Below, one piece after another: positions 25,524 to 43,379 of a stretch of 64,000 nt of DNA (position 1 is its first letter; each line of letters opens with the position of its first letter). The DNA is taken from the NCBI GenBank assembly GCA_951406725.2, contig OX597818.1, positions 121,396,001 to 121,460,000 on the forward strand, written 5' to 3'. Under the pieces are notes generated by a model that searched no databases, had not been told where the DNA came from, and was given only the letters and a program-made list of their open reading frames with translations. The DNA is from Octopus vulgaris (lineage: Eukaryota). Both the position numbers and the translations under genes were made by a program.

Positions 25524-25937
25524 CGACCACATGAACTTCGTTTTCCATACGGTTCATCTTGAGACGTACTCGCAGAGTTTTTGATGTCGAGCTCCGTCAG
25601 CATGGTCTGAATCTGATCAGTAGCGAGGTCATCAGAGAAGAAGTCCGCCACGCGTGAGGGATGTCATCGTAGAATATACACGCAGCAAGTTTAGATGGGC
25701 TGGAGATGTCGCCCGGCTCACCGATAATCGGTGGATCCGCGAAGTTAGCTTCGAAGTGGTACCCGCGTCAGTGGAATCGACCACTCGGAAGGCGTCCACG
25801 ACGGTGGAGTTACGATTACAGGTGGGCAATTGGGATCACGTGCGATGAAAACCGGCGCGATCCAGAGATGGTGGATAGCGTGCGGTGACCAGCGGTGTCA
25901 AATAGACGCCCGGCGGACTGGTCGGTCATAGGTGATC

Positions 25938-25979
<42 letters not shown>

Positions 25980-26053
25980 AACATACACACACACGTAGAC
26001 ACACACACACACACATACACACAAACACATATATTATATATATGACGAGTTTC
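25524..26053. repeat. Indel-rich tandem duplicate of 25007-25523
   Basis: Same sequence with many small indels. Confidence 0.9.
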
Positions 26054-26314
26054 ACACAATTCCCATCTACCAAATTCACTCGCGAAGTATTAGTCCGCCG
26101 GAGGCTACAGAAAACAGCTTCGCAAAGTACCGCCACGCGGTGAGACTATGCTTGTTAACCACTTACCCAAGCCATTAGCTATATAAGTTACGATTGAAAT
26201 ACAGTTTGCCGGAATCGATTAGACAATTAACAACAGCGCCACAGAATTGAAAATAGATTTAAATCAATGTCCCAACACGGCGTAAAACCGGCAAAACTGG
26301 CTTTTAGTAACCTA

Positions 26315-31406
<5,092 letters not shown>

Positions 31407-31810
31407 AACATTCGGACTGGGTGTGTACTTGTAAATACATCGAAACCTTAATGAGATGCTTTCTTGCTCAACAACTAATGATTCCTGGTACCTTCTTTAT
31501 TTTCCCACAAATCTCAAAGATTCGTAGAAGATCGTGGGCGCCACACGTTTTCCTTTGGCAAAAACGATAAGAAGAGATAGTTCTAATAACCAAGACAAGA
31601 TTACTGATGACTATCATATGATAGCATTTCTAGAAGATCACGTTAGTCAGATGAATGTTTTGTACGATTGATTGATCCAACAACCGAAATAAACTGATGG
31701 CGCTTCTTTGGTTACCTCACAAAGAACACAACAGTAACAGCGTATCGCGATACTCTCTCTCTTTATCAAGCAGTTTCTTTTATCGTATGATTATGTTGAT
31801 CTAGGACTTG

Positions 31811-31911
31811 CATTATTATTATTATTATCATCATCATCATCATCATCATCATTATTACTATTATTACTATTATTATTATTGTTATTATTGTTATTATTAT
31901 TATTATTATTA

Positions 31912-31948
<37 letters not shown>

Positions 31949-31970
31949 GTTATTGTTATTATTATTATTA

Positions 31971-32007
<37 letters not shown>

Positions 32008-32038
32008 GTTATTATTATTATTATTGTTATTGTTTTTA

Positions 32039-32075
<37 letters not shown>
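31811..32075. repeat. (ATT)n/(CAT)n trinucleotide microsatellite
   Basis: Direct reading. Confidence 0.95.
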
Positions 32076-32857
32076 GATGTAGTAGTAGTTGTTGTCATGC
32101 CAATTATTGTTGTGATAGTGGTTGTTGCGATCGTGGGAGTGGTAACAATAGCGTAAGGTCTTTGCTAAACGAACATGTAGACATGTATTCTTCATGTCAC
32201 AGAACAGAACTATGTAATCATACTTACCATTCCGAACAGCTATTTTTCCCCAGAAACCAAAAAAAAAAAAAAAAAATAATACAAGACAAAATGAGCAAAA
32301 CACAATGCCAAAAAAAATAATAAAAAATTATAAATAAATAAAATAAAAAAAGTATCCAAACACAAATACAAAAGAAAAAAAAACAGCAACAATAAAAAAT
32401 AACAACAACTCCAAAGGGAAGCCAAACCAAAATAAACTAAACGCGAGAATCATAGAATTTCAAAGCTCAACAAAAATAACAGGAGGAGGACCAGCAGAAA
32501 AAATAATAAAAACAAGGACAACAAAACATTGTTGATACTCGAAAGAATGTTCAAAGACAAAGGCGAAATTACTTGAAACTAATGAAAAAAAAATGGAGAA
32601 AAAATACAATAGAGAATAGAGAAGCAAGGGTAATATTTATATAAGAACATATAAGAGATTGAATGCAGTCAGGGTTTAGAAATCTCCTAAAACAAGGCGT
32701 TACTTTAAATATTTTGTTATTCCTGTTTGATATCTGTTTCACTAGCTGACATTTAAGTGGGAGAATACAAACGTGAACAGTAGGAGCCGCTCGAGGAATT
32801 ATCTCCCCAACATATTATTCGCAAACACACAAACACACATAACCAACAAATACCAAA

Positions 32858-32892
<35 letters not shown>

Positions 32893-32899
32893 CATATAT

Positions 32900-32995
<96 letters not shown>

Positions 32996-33006
32996 ATGTA
33001 TGTATA

Positions 33007-33218
33007 TTACTCTTTTACTCTTTTACTTGTTTCAGTCATTTGACTGCGGCCATGATGGAGCACCGCCTTTTAGTCGAGCAAATCGACCCCAGGAGTTATT
33101 CTTTGTAAGCCTAGTGCTTATTCTATCGGTCTCTTTTGCCGAACCGCTAAGTTAGGGGGACGTAAACACACCAGCATCGGCTGTCAAGCGATGTTGGGGG
33201 ACAAACACAGACACACAA

Positions 33219-33271
<53 letters not shown>

Positions 33272-33305
33272 CGAGGAGCTTCTTTCAGTTTCCGTCTACC
33301 AAATC
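33007..33305 (-). mobile_element. SINE-B, 5'-truncated
   Basis: Reverse-complement match with (TACTCTTT) tail. Confidence 0.9.
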
Positions 33306-33450
33306 TACTATATATATATAAATGCACATATATATATATACGTATATAAATATATATATACATGCATATATATACACACACACATAGATACATACATACA
33401 CGCGCACACACACATATATGTGAGTGTGTATGTATGTGTGTACGCATACA

Positions 33451-33495
<45 letters not shown>

Positions 33496-33769
33496 GGGAA
33501 CATAAACATAACAACACCGGGTAGCCGAGCGTTGTGAGATAAGTATAAGCTCAAAGACGTACTCAGATTAGCATGCACCACGTACATACATATACACACA
33601 TACATATACACACATGCACACATTATATGCACCTACATGTTTATGTGTTTATTTGTTTGAATTTAACTCTGTAGAAAGCTTTTTTCCCCTTCGATAAAAT
33701 AACGTAACCTTGTAACAAGTTCTGATAAGGGATCACTTATTAAGTATTTAGATGTATGAGATCGAATAT

Positions 33770-34130
33770 CAAATAATAGGTTATGTGGTGGGTTGACAGT
33801 TAATTTCGTTCGCTTCTTTTCAATAGTATTTCAATTAAGACGCCCGTTACCTACATTCGATGAGCAAACCAAGTGAATCGACCCGAATAGCGACGCGGGA
33901 CGCTTCTTCAATATGACAATGCTCACTGCCATGTCGATAATTTAACCAAAATGCTTGGAAGTTCTGTTACACTGACAATATTTTTCTGATATTGAAACTT
34001 CAAATTAGCACCTTTTTCGTCGTTTTCCAACAGTCAAAGAAGATTTTTAAGCAACAGCAACGTGGACCTGAAAATACAGCTCAATAAATTTTTAGTAATA
34101 AGTCATGAACAATTAAAGAATACATATTGA
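33770..34130 (+). mobile_element. Degraded mariner (DD34D-type) transposase fragment
   Basis: RP..RRGTLLQYDNAHCHVDNLTK...EVLLH*QYFSDIETSN*HLFR resembles HDNARPH...WEVLPHPPYSPDLAPSDYHLFR. Confidence 0.65.
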
Positions 34131-35636
34131 CTGGATGTTAAAATTGTCGGTAAAAAATAAGGATCAAAATAAATGCAATGCAAAAAAGAAACGAACGAAT
34201 TTATTATTATAAATTTAGAGTAGCGAATCTGTAACATTTATCACCTAGCATCCCTTTTCATCGTAAGGTGTTTTAGTTCGTGTTTGGCAAAAAAATAAAG
34301 TTACTTTAGTCAAACTCAAGTTTACTTTGGGCAGTGATTTATTTTCAAAATTATATAACAATAAAAAGTTTATAAATAGAATTTGAAGCAGAAAAATATA
34401 TCTTCAATATCTCTCTAACGTTGTGAGGTAAATCCAAAATTACACACATACATGCATAGACAAGAATGCATACATACATACATACATACATACATGTATG
34501 TATGTATGTATGTATGTATGTATGTATGTATGTATGTATGTATGCATGTGTGCATGTGTGCGGGTGTGCATGATGGACTTCTGCAGAGATTCCGTTTACC
34601 AAATTCACAAATGAAGCTTTGGTTGATCCAGAGCTATAATAGAAGACATTTATTTCAGGTGCCGCAGATTGGCTAGGGTCAATTTCCAAAATATGGACTT
34701 AGGGACCTTTCATTTAGGTGGCCGCATGATTGAATGGATGAAACGTTCGCTTTGCAACCGTGTGGTTTTGGATTTGGCGATTTGATGGAGGAATTGAGCT
34801 AAAGTACAGGACAAACATTTGATCCCTACAAGCAAATCACCTGAGCAGGATGTTCAGCAAGAAGTTGCAGAATCCTCAACTACCGTCAAGCGCAGGAGAA
34901 TCCAGGAGTGGTTGTACATTAGTCTGTATTCAGTGTCTGAAAATAGATGAGAAGGGGAATCCACCACTTTTAGACACTTCTGAAATGTACACAAATGGAG
35001 GCATTGCTGTTAATTGTTTACTTACAGATATTTGTGAAGTACATCTGTTGGAGGTGAAATCAGGAGCGTGATTTACAGTTGATTACCAACTCAAGACTGA
35101 AATCATTTGACTCACTTGACGCTATGGAGTGACCAGCATCCTAAAGCAAATGCGACACATTCCCACCTTAACACGTACACACACACATTTCTCCCTTTCT
35201 ATTTTTATTTTCCTATTTCCCTTATTTGTACTAAAAGACAATACCTATGATATTCGCGGGCCCCCGAAACGGTGAAACTAATGTCGTTATGTTCCTCTTG
35301 AGCCATTGCAAATCAACGTCTTTGAAGGGCTGACGTTCTCGTTAGAAAGAAGTAGGTGTTGAGGTTAGTGCTGGGTTTTAGAGGTTCGACACGGCAAGTG
35401 GTATATGAGGGAGAGAAAGATGATCGGGTTGGGAGGGCTGGGCAGATGTTGAGGGAAACCCGCCAGTTTCGAAGAGGCGCAGAAGAAAAGACATGCTGAA
35501 GATAACACAGCTTGTGAGTGTGTGTGCTTTTATGTACACGTGCACATTCTTATATATATATATATATATATATAAGAAATTTTTGCGTAATAAGATAAAA
35601 AAAAACAAGGCTGTATAGATATTAGAGCATTTATAG

Positions 35637-35688
35637 GTCATACGGCTGTTTCTAGGATATTAATTAATAATACCCCTTCATCGGAGAC
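35637..35688 (-). ncRNA. Degenerate minimal type I hammerhead-like motif in a TA-flanked short element
   Basis: Minus: GTCT-CCGATGA-A-GGGGTATT(7 nt)AATATCCT-A-GAAAC-AGCC-GTA-TGAC. Confidence 0.5.
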
Positions 35689-35759
35689 GGTGTGAGAGGA
35701 AAAATTAAGTCATAGTTAGTTTCGAGGTATGTATGTATGTATGTATGTATGTATGTATG

Positions 35760-35799
<40 letters not shown>

Positions 35800-35801
<2 letters not shown>

Positions 35802-35900
35802 TGCAAAAGTCTACGTTTCGAGCCTACGCTCTTTCACAGAAAGGAACACAGAAAGAAACAAGGAGAGAAAATAAAGAATGTGTAGTGGCTAGTGATCCAT
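35800..35900 (-). mobile_element. Family F fragment with hammerhead-like motif (35812-35843)
   Basis: Homologous to 43380-43585 and 48742-48915. Confidence 0.65.
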
Positions 35901-35915
35901 CACACACACACACAC

Positions 35916-35989
<74 letters not shown>

Positions 35990-35993
<4 letters not shown>

Positions 35994-36450
35994 ATAAATA
36001 AAACATATGCATATATACATATATGTACGTACCTACCTCTACATGTATATATACACGCATATATGAGTACAGGACACCAAAAACGTCGAACATAATGAGA
36101 AACGAAAACATAGACACAAACCCAAGGAACTGGACATTTTTCTTAAACAACAAAAAAATAGAGTACAGGACAAATAACACAAGGAAAAAACACCTTCTTC
36201 AGTCGCCATGGTTTCATCTACTCTACGTTTCGAAGGTGAAGGCGAGACGTATCTTCGATAGAAACTTTCCTTCCTGCGAAAAGCAAATCAAATAAAATTT
36301 GAGATCTTTTTGCAGAGGGGTAAAAATGGTAGCAAAAACAGGACAGTAACGACAGTACAAAATATAAGCAGTAAAAGACAGGACAAGGAAAATAACAAGA
36401 CAAGAAGGGCTGTTAAGCCGAACGAAAAAAAGTATTACGAACGCTATTTC
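35990..36450 (-). mobile_element. Family E copy, TA-flanked
   Basis: Reverse-complement homology to 12290-12785. Confidence 0.75.
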
Positions 36451-36468
36451 TGTGGACGGCGAAGGGGG

Positions 36469-36500
<32 letters not shown>

Positions 36501-36505
<5 letters not shown>

Positions 36506-36872
36506 GAAATGAAGAAAATGGTGACAAAATAATTTAAGTAATTTAATTAAGTGAAAGTTCTTTTTACCGGTTGCGCATTTGTTATGCTTATCAAAAGTTT
36601 TTTCCTCTTAATTGACTTATGTTGGGTTTGCTGTCTCTTATATAAGAGACAGCAAACCCAACATAAGAGACAAACTCCGCTGAGGTCGACTTCTTGTCTT
36701 GTTATTTTCCTTGTCTCTTATATAAGAGACAGCAAACCCAACATAAAGTCAGATAAGAGGAAAAAACTTTTGATAAGCATAACAAATGCGCTACCGGTAA
36801 AAAGAACTTTCACCTAATTAAATTACTTAAATTACTTAAATTATTTTGTCAGCATTTTCTTCATTTCCTTTT
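36501..36872. repeat. Foldback palindrome (about 140-bp arms) with rearranged centre
   Basis: AAAAGGAAATGAAGAAAATG... pairs with ...CATTTTCTTCATTTCCTTTT. Perfect inner palindrome at 36616-36667. Confidence 0.92.
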
Positions 36873-37463
36873 TTATATATCACAACTCGTGTTCCACATC
36901 TCCTTTTTTAAATATATATATATATATATATCGGCCTCCGTTCTGTCTCTGCTTCTGAAGTGCATAATCGCATTTTGCTTTTCTGACCTGTTTCCTGTTC
37001 ACTGGAGTTTATTCATTTATTGATTGGTTGCTTACCTTTTAATTATGCCATTCATTTCCTGTTTATCAACATCCCTGCCAAGTTCATAAATTATTTTATT
37101 TCTGAAGTCATCAAAATGTTTCGGATAAATTCGTTGCTTGTATCATTGTTCTCATTGGTCAGCTTTGGTGTTGTTTCTGTGTAATTGTTCTTAAGATCCT
37201 ACTATAGTAAACTTATTTTCCCAATATTTTTCTTCGAATAATTCATTTGTCATTTTCTTTACTCCGCATGTTTATTACATAATTACATCCTATTTGTCTA
37301 AGCTACGTGATCTTTGGCTAATTTTTTAAAATTTCGCTACCCACCCCTTGCATCATTTGCATCCTGTTTTATCATCGTTATCGTTCTCTTTGCTTCAGAA
37401 ATTGATATTTTTTTAATTTATTAAGTCACTAAATTAGTTAACTCATCTACACTATATACAATA

Positions 37464-38563
37464 CTAGCAAACGCACCCGTCTTTTCGACGGTTTAAGTTG
37501 CTGTGGTGGTATTTTTTTCGCCAAATAATTGAACTACCGAGAAGGTTTATGAGAAGCACGGCAATCCATGTTTCCGATTAACCTAGGAGTGGGTTATTGC
37601 GGAGATCATTGCACTTTCATGATCATAGAACATACAAATTTGCAAGTGATGCAAAGTGGAGCTACTGAAATGTTTTGGGAGTAGATTGCGGATAACGACT
37701 AAAAATATAGTTGTTTTACATGAAAGCAAAATTTCTTGTCAGAAACATCCACATAAATGGCTTAAGGAAACTAAAAGAAGGCGTTGAAACTTCCCCTCTG
37801 CGAACAAATTTTTTTTCAACTGCAAAGGGAGCTATTTCTTCGGAGCTAACAAAAGCCCATTTATTTTGTCTTCCCACATAGCCTGCGTATAAACTAACGG
37901 CGAATGCAACATAAAGTTAAATTGGTATGGAGCTTTCTGGAAGATATGCACAGCTAGCGGAAGCAAAACTCTTATTTAAAGGATGATTCTTTGGGATGAT
38001 TGTGATTGTTTAAAAAAGGCTTGAACGACAATGCTAAAACGTATTTGAAATCATGGACAACAGCCGAGATATCATAATGGATGGGTAAATATGCATCCTT
38101 AAGGTGAAACAACGCATTGGTAGGTAAACAAAGGTATCAACAAATAGAAGAGAAGTAAGGGAACATCACCTTTCAAGTTACTCAGAATAGGTGAAGGTAA
38201 GCTTGCCAAAGTTTAATGCAGTTTAAATATGAAGATTAAGATTGTTTGGCATTGGATATTCATCGCGTATAGTATTCCTAGTTAATTTAATCACCGTGAC
38301 AGGTGGACAGTCTAAATTAATAAATAGACAGAATCCTTTCACTTTTATAAAAAAGATTAAAAATGTATGGAGGACCCTACTTACAAAAACTATGTCCATT
38401 TTGGTCCATTTACATGGGAGCTTTGGGTAAAATGTTTAGTGCATGACCATCCTTAGGACATAAGTAATGTGTGTGTAAAGTTTGGTGAAAATCGGTTGAG
38501 AATTGTGTAAATGTATGCGTTAGTCATTATAAACCCACATACTAAGATTTATGTATACTAAAT
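37464..38563 (-). mobile_element. Helitron-like element
   Basis: Minus 3' hairpin CCGTCGAAAAGACGG followed by CTAG|T. The opposite end resembles the other Helitron 5' subtermini. Confidence 0.55.
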
Positions 38564-39060
38564 TATTAAACTACAAAAGTAATGAGTGGCTTTTTGGCAG
38601 AACCGTTAGTACACCGGACAAAATATTGTACCAGCATTTTTTCCGGCTTTACGTTCAGAGATCAAATTTCACCGAATCGACTTTGCTTTTAATCCTTTCG
38701 AGGATAATCAAGTATCCCCTAGCACTAAGTTTCAGGCCTTGTACCTATAGTAGAAAAAATTAAGACGAAGAAATACCTAGTTTTACAGACAAGTTGTGGG
38801 ATAAAGGGAGGCGGATGACCTGTTGGTTACAGTGTTACACTGACGACATTACGATCATAATTTCAATTCTCGAGCCGGGTATTGTGATATGTTCTTAAGC
38901 AAAACACATCATTTCACGTTGTTTCAGTGCACTTGGCTGTAAATCAGTAAGCCTTTGACGGACTAGCTTCCTGTTCAGTGAGGATATGGGATCTTGGTCA
39001 CTTATACGCTATGGAAACTGTGTAACCAGGCCTATGAGTCATAGGAATATGTATTTATAT

Positions 39061-39125
<65 letters not shown>

Positions 39126-39128
<3 letters not shown>

Positions 39129-39400
39129 ATATAAATATATATATATGTATATAAATATATATATATGTATATAAATATATATATATATATATATATGTAT
39201 ATAAATATATATATATGTATATAAATATATATATATATATATAAATATATATATATGTATATAAATATATATATATGTATATAAATATATATATATGTAT
39301 ATAAATATATATATATGTATATAAATATATATATATATGTATATAAATATATATATGTATATATAAATATATATATGTATATATAAATATATAAATATAT
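39126..39400. repeat. About 20-bp minisatellite GTATATAAATATATATATAT
   Basis: Direct reading. Confidence 0.92.
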
Positions 39401-39454
39401 ATATATACACACATACATATATATATATATATATATTAAGCTTATATAAAAATA

Positions 39455-39688
39455 CCATCTTCGTGGAATAGATGAAACAGAGACAACTGAAGAAGGGGAA
39501 TATTCTTTATGTTGCATGTCTCGTTTCTCTGTGTTTTTTTTTCGTTGTTCGAAAAAAAGTTCGTTTTCTATTCTTTTGTTTTTATGTTTTCGTTTCTCAT
39601 TGTGTTCAACGTTTTTTTATGTCCTGTATATATACATATATATGTAGGTATGTACATATATGTATGTATATATCCATATATTTATATA

Positions 39689-39690
<2 letters not shown>
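39455..39690 (+). mobile_element. Family E copy
   Basis: CAACTGAAGAAGGGGAATATTC...TTTTCGTTTCTCATTGTGTTCAACG. Confidence 0.75.
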
Positions 39691-39736
<46 letters not shown>

Positions 39737-39737
39737 C

Positions 39738-39954
39738 AATTGCAGCGTGGAAGGTGTTTGTAAGCCATTTAAGAAACACACAAAAGCCGGTCGATTCACT
39801 TCAACAATCCGTGAGCACGGATTTTTGTCAGTGAACAGGTCGCGGTCTTATAGCGACGAAAATATTTTGACATATTAAACTTAAATTTTGAAGTGAATCG
39901 AACGGCTTTTGTGTGTTTATTAAATGGCTTACAAACACCTTCCACGCTGCAATT
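39738..39954. repeat. Inverted repeat, about 66-bp arms
   Basis: AATTGCAGCGTGGAAGGTGTTTGTAAGCCATTTAA pairs with TTAAATGGCTTACAAACACCTTCCACGCTGCAATT. Confidence 0.92.
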
Positions 39955-40003
39955 ATTTTCGTTTCAGCACACGATCTCAGATCAAATCACTTGCTATGCA
40001 AGT

Positions 40004-40254
40004 ACATGCTAGAAATAGACGCCAAATGGCTCTAAGAACCACAGTTACTGGCTCAATTAGTACAGATTGAAAGCTAATGGCGCTAGTAACTGTAGTTCTT
40101 AGAACCATTTGGCGTCCATTTGGCGCCACATGCTGGAAATAGACGCCAAATGGCTCTAAGAACTACAGTTATTAGCGCCATTAGCTTTCAATCCGTACTA
40201 ATTGAGCCAGTAACTGTGGTTCTTAGAGGCATTTGGCGTCTATTTCTAGCATGT
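40004..40254. repeat. Nested palindrome (a palindrome of palindromic units)
   Basis: The block GACGCCAAATGGCTCTAAGAAC occurs twice forward and twice reversed, and the outer arms pair end to end. Confidence 0.92.
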
Positions 40255-40365
40255 GACGTTATCCATTAGTGCCCTTATTATTATAATTATATTTATATAA
40301 TTATATATACTTGTATTAATTATTATCTATATGGTTCAGTACATGCTGGGTACTTGATAAAATCT

Positions 40366-40431
<66 letters not shown>

Positions 40432-40629
40432 TTCTAGTATTTGATCATTTTTATCGAATCCTCTCAAGGATAAGCGGGAAGTTGACGTCGGTTGGAGTCG
40501 AACTTAGAACGCAAAGAATCGTAACAAATAGCAGCCAATCTTCGCCAGACACAGTGCTTTTGGTAATAGAACGTTGAATATTCATAAGAAGGGCACCTTC
40601 ATTTTATGCCTCAAATCGGTGCAAAGTCC

Positions 40630-40917
40630 GAAATACAAGTCCGAAACACAAGTCCGGGCAAGGTTGTTTATGGAAGACCAGCAGTCACCCATGCGTACCA
40701 GTCTCCCCTCTCCCCGCCACAGATGTTATCTATGGGAAAGGCAAAGGGGCCGATATAGCTTGGCACCAGTGATGTTGCAACGCATTTCTACAGCTGAGTG
40801 AATTGGAGCAACGTGAAATAAAGTGTCTTGCTCAAGAAGAAAATATAGAGCCTGATCTGGGAGTCGAACTCACTACCTCATGATTGTGAGCCCGACGCCC
40901 TAACCGCTGAGCCATGC
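40630..40917 (-). mobile_element. SINE-D head with a different tail
   Basis: Head and core as 16240-16362, tail unrelated. Confidence 0.8.
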
Positions 40918-41794
40918 AGTTTAACATGCCCTATGTAATACAAGTGAAATTCAGAAAGGCGAGGGTTAAATTGTCATCTGGACCAAGACAAAAGCACTCT
41001 TACGGCGGATATTTTTCAACCAGTTCTATGACAACAGATTTAAAATAAAGAACTTAATATATATGCATCAGAGAAGAGTTGTAAAACTATGGTTAGCGAG
41101 TCAAGCATGTACTCTGATTTCAGTTTTCTGTGGAAAACATTTCCATTCACTTGTGACTTCGTTCATGTTTTCTTAATGATAGTAGCGGCATACGACAAAT
41201 GAAATAGGTTCAAGTTGGAATTGAAACAGGTTGCGTGATGAGTAAGAACTTCTACTCTACGGCACCTGTCAATTTAGATCTTAAATAAATATCCCAGTGT
41301 TTTAGAGTAAAACTAAAGGAATAACTGATTCAATACAATAACTGAATAAATACCTATTGTGCTCAGAATTCTCTCGTTTATCATTGTCATTTCAAACTGG
41401 ATATGTAACTGTAGAAAGAAAAAAAAATCTTTGTTTTTCTAATGAAATTCTTTTTGATATATTTCCGTCTGTATGTGTGCAGATGCGTGCGGTATCGTTT
41501 GCTTGATGCCTTTGAAACAAATGGTTTTAAGGGAACAAAAGAACAAAGCTCTAATGACCCCATTTCATCCAAAATTGTTGAAAAAGTTCACAAAACAAAA
41601 TGAACCCTTAGGATATTTATTCTGAATGATATCGAAAGCTAAAATTACATGATAGATTTACCACATTTACTTTAAGCGTTACCCAACTTCTTTCCGACCA
41701 CCAGCGTGGTAAGGAAGAAATGCTATACTGATAATGTTTACTTAAAGCTGACATTTTAAAACCACATGTCGTGAGTCTTCGAGGAAACGGTGAG

Positions 41795-41836
<42 letters not shown>

Positions 41837-42244
41837 GGGAGTTAGACATGTGTAAGCAAATAAAAAAAATAAAAAGAATAAATTATTAAAATGATATTCT
41901 TTTTAAAGATACGTTAAATTACAAATAATATTTCTTGTAACTGCTTCGTCATCAAGTTGAAGAAGATTTCTGAGGATCCTGAAGAACTAACCTCGTTTTT
42001 GTTTTCACTAGAGGAGAAATAAAACAGTTTTCCGTTACCTTCTCAAGGTAGGCAAGAATTTAAAACTGTACCTATTCTTGACAGCTAATTAAACAAAGGT
42101 AATCAAAGTTAAATGTCCTGTTAAAAATAATTACGAAAATGCTGCACCAAAGTTGAGATTTCAACCTAGAATTCGGTCTATCAGTAGCTTAATGACTTTA
42201 CCATTACATTTTGATTAATTGTGGAACTCTCCAGACCTAGGAAA

Positions 42245-43070
42245 AGGTATGGCTGCGTGGTTAAGAAACTTGCTTTGCAGCCACGAGATTTCGGGTTCTG
42301 TTTCACTGTGCAGCCACCTTGGGTAAGTGTTTTTTGGCGACACCTTGGCAAGTGTCTTTACTATAGCCCCGGGTCGACCAATTCTTTGTGAGTAAATTTG
42401 GTAGAAGGAAATTGTGTGGCAGCCTCACGCATATATATTTCTTTACTGCCCACAAGAGGCTAAATATAGAGGGGACAAACAAGGACAGACAAAAGGATTA
42501 AGTCGATTACATTGACCCCAGTGCGTAACTGGTACTTTATTTATCGACCCCGAAAGCATGAAAGCAAAGTCGACCTCGGCGGAATTTGAACTCAGAACGT
42601 AACGACAGACGAAATACCTATTTCTTTACTACCCACAAGTGGCTAAACACAGAGGGGACAAACAAGGACAGACAAACGGATTAAGTCGATTATATCGACT
42701 CCAGTGCGTAACTGGTACTTATTTAATCGACCCCGAAAGGATGAAAGGCAAAGTCGACCTCAGCGGAGTTTGAACTCAGAACGTAACGACAGACGAAATA
42801 CCGCTAAGCATTTCGCCCGGCGCACTAACGTTTCAGCCAGCTCGTATATATGGATATGTGTCTGGGGGGGGGGGGTGTCTGTGTCTGACTCCACCACAGC
42901 TTGACAACCGTTGTTGGTTTGTTTACATCATCGTAACGGCTCGAGAAACCGATATAATAAGTACAAACTTGAAAATAACTATTGGTGTCACTTAGTTCGA
43001 CGAAGACCTTTAAGACTCCGCCTTCGTATGGCTGCCGTCCAATGACTGAAACAAGTAACAGATAAAAGAT
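42245..43070 (+). mobile_element. Diverged SINE-B split by a nested SINE-A dimer
   Basis: Head at 42245-42425, tail at 42845-43070. Confidence 0.75.
42437..42843 (-). mobile_element. SINE-A dimer
   Basis: Junction GAAATACC|TATTTC at 42618/42619, inserted in a TA run. Confidence 0.9.
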
Positions 43071-43150
43071 GAACCTTAAAAATACACTGAGACTAAATAG
43101 ATTAATAGATCAATTACGCAACTAGAAGAGGCAATTCTGGCGCTGTTTGG

Positions 43151-43214
<64 letters not shown>

Positions 43215-43245
43215 ATATATATTTATATATATATATATATATATA

Positions 43246-43376
43246 TAAGGTTGTCCCAAAAGTTCGTAAAAACTTTGCGAAAATTTGAATTTTTATGCAA
43301 TTTTTAATTGTTTGTTTGGGTTTATATTGTTATAGTCAATTTTCGCAAGTGTTTACGAACTTTTGGGACAACCTAA
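43246..43376. mobile_element. Tc1/mariner-type MITE, about 130 bp
   Basis: TIRs AGGTTGTCCCAAAAGTTCGTAAA / TTTACGAACTTTTGGGACAACCT, TA flanks. Confidence 0.85.
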
Positions 43377-43379
43377 TAT

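Noticed and set aside
31808-32320. Poly-Y/H/I/L ORF suggesting a membrane protein
   Set aside because: It is a trinucleotide microsatellite translation.
36631-36652. CTGTCTCTTATATAAGAGACAG resembles the Tn5 mosaic end / Nextera adapter
   Set aside because: Only 12 nt match and CACATCT is absent. It is the centre of a naturally diverged palindrome, so probably coincidence, though raw reads would settle it.
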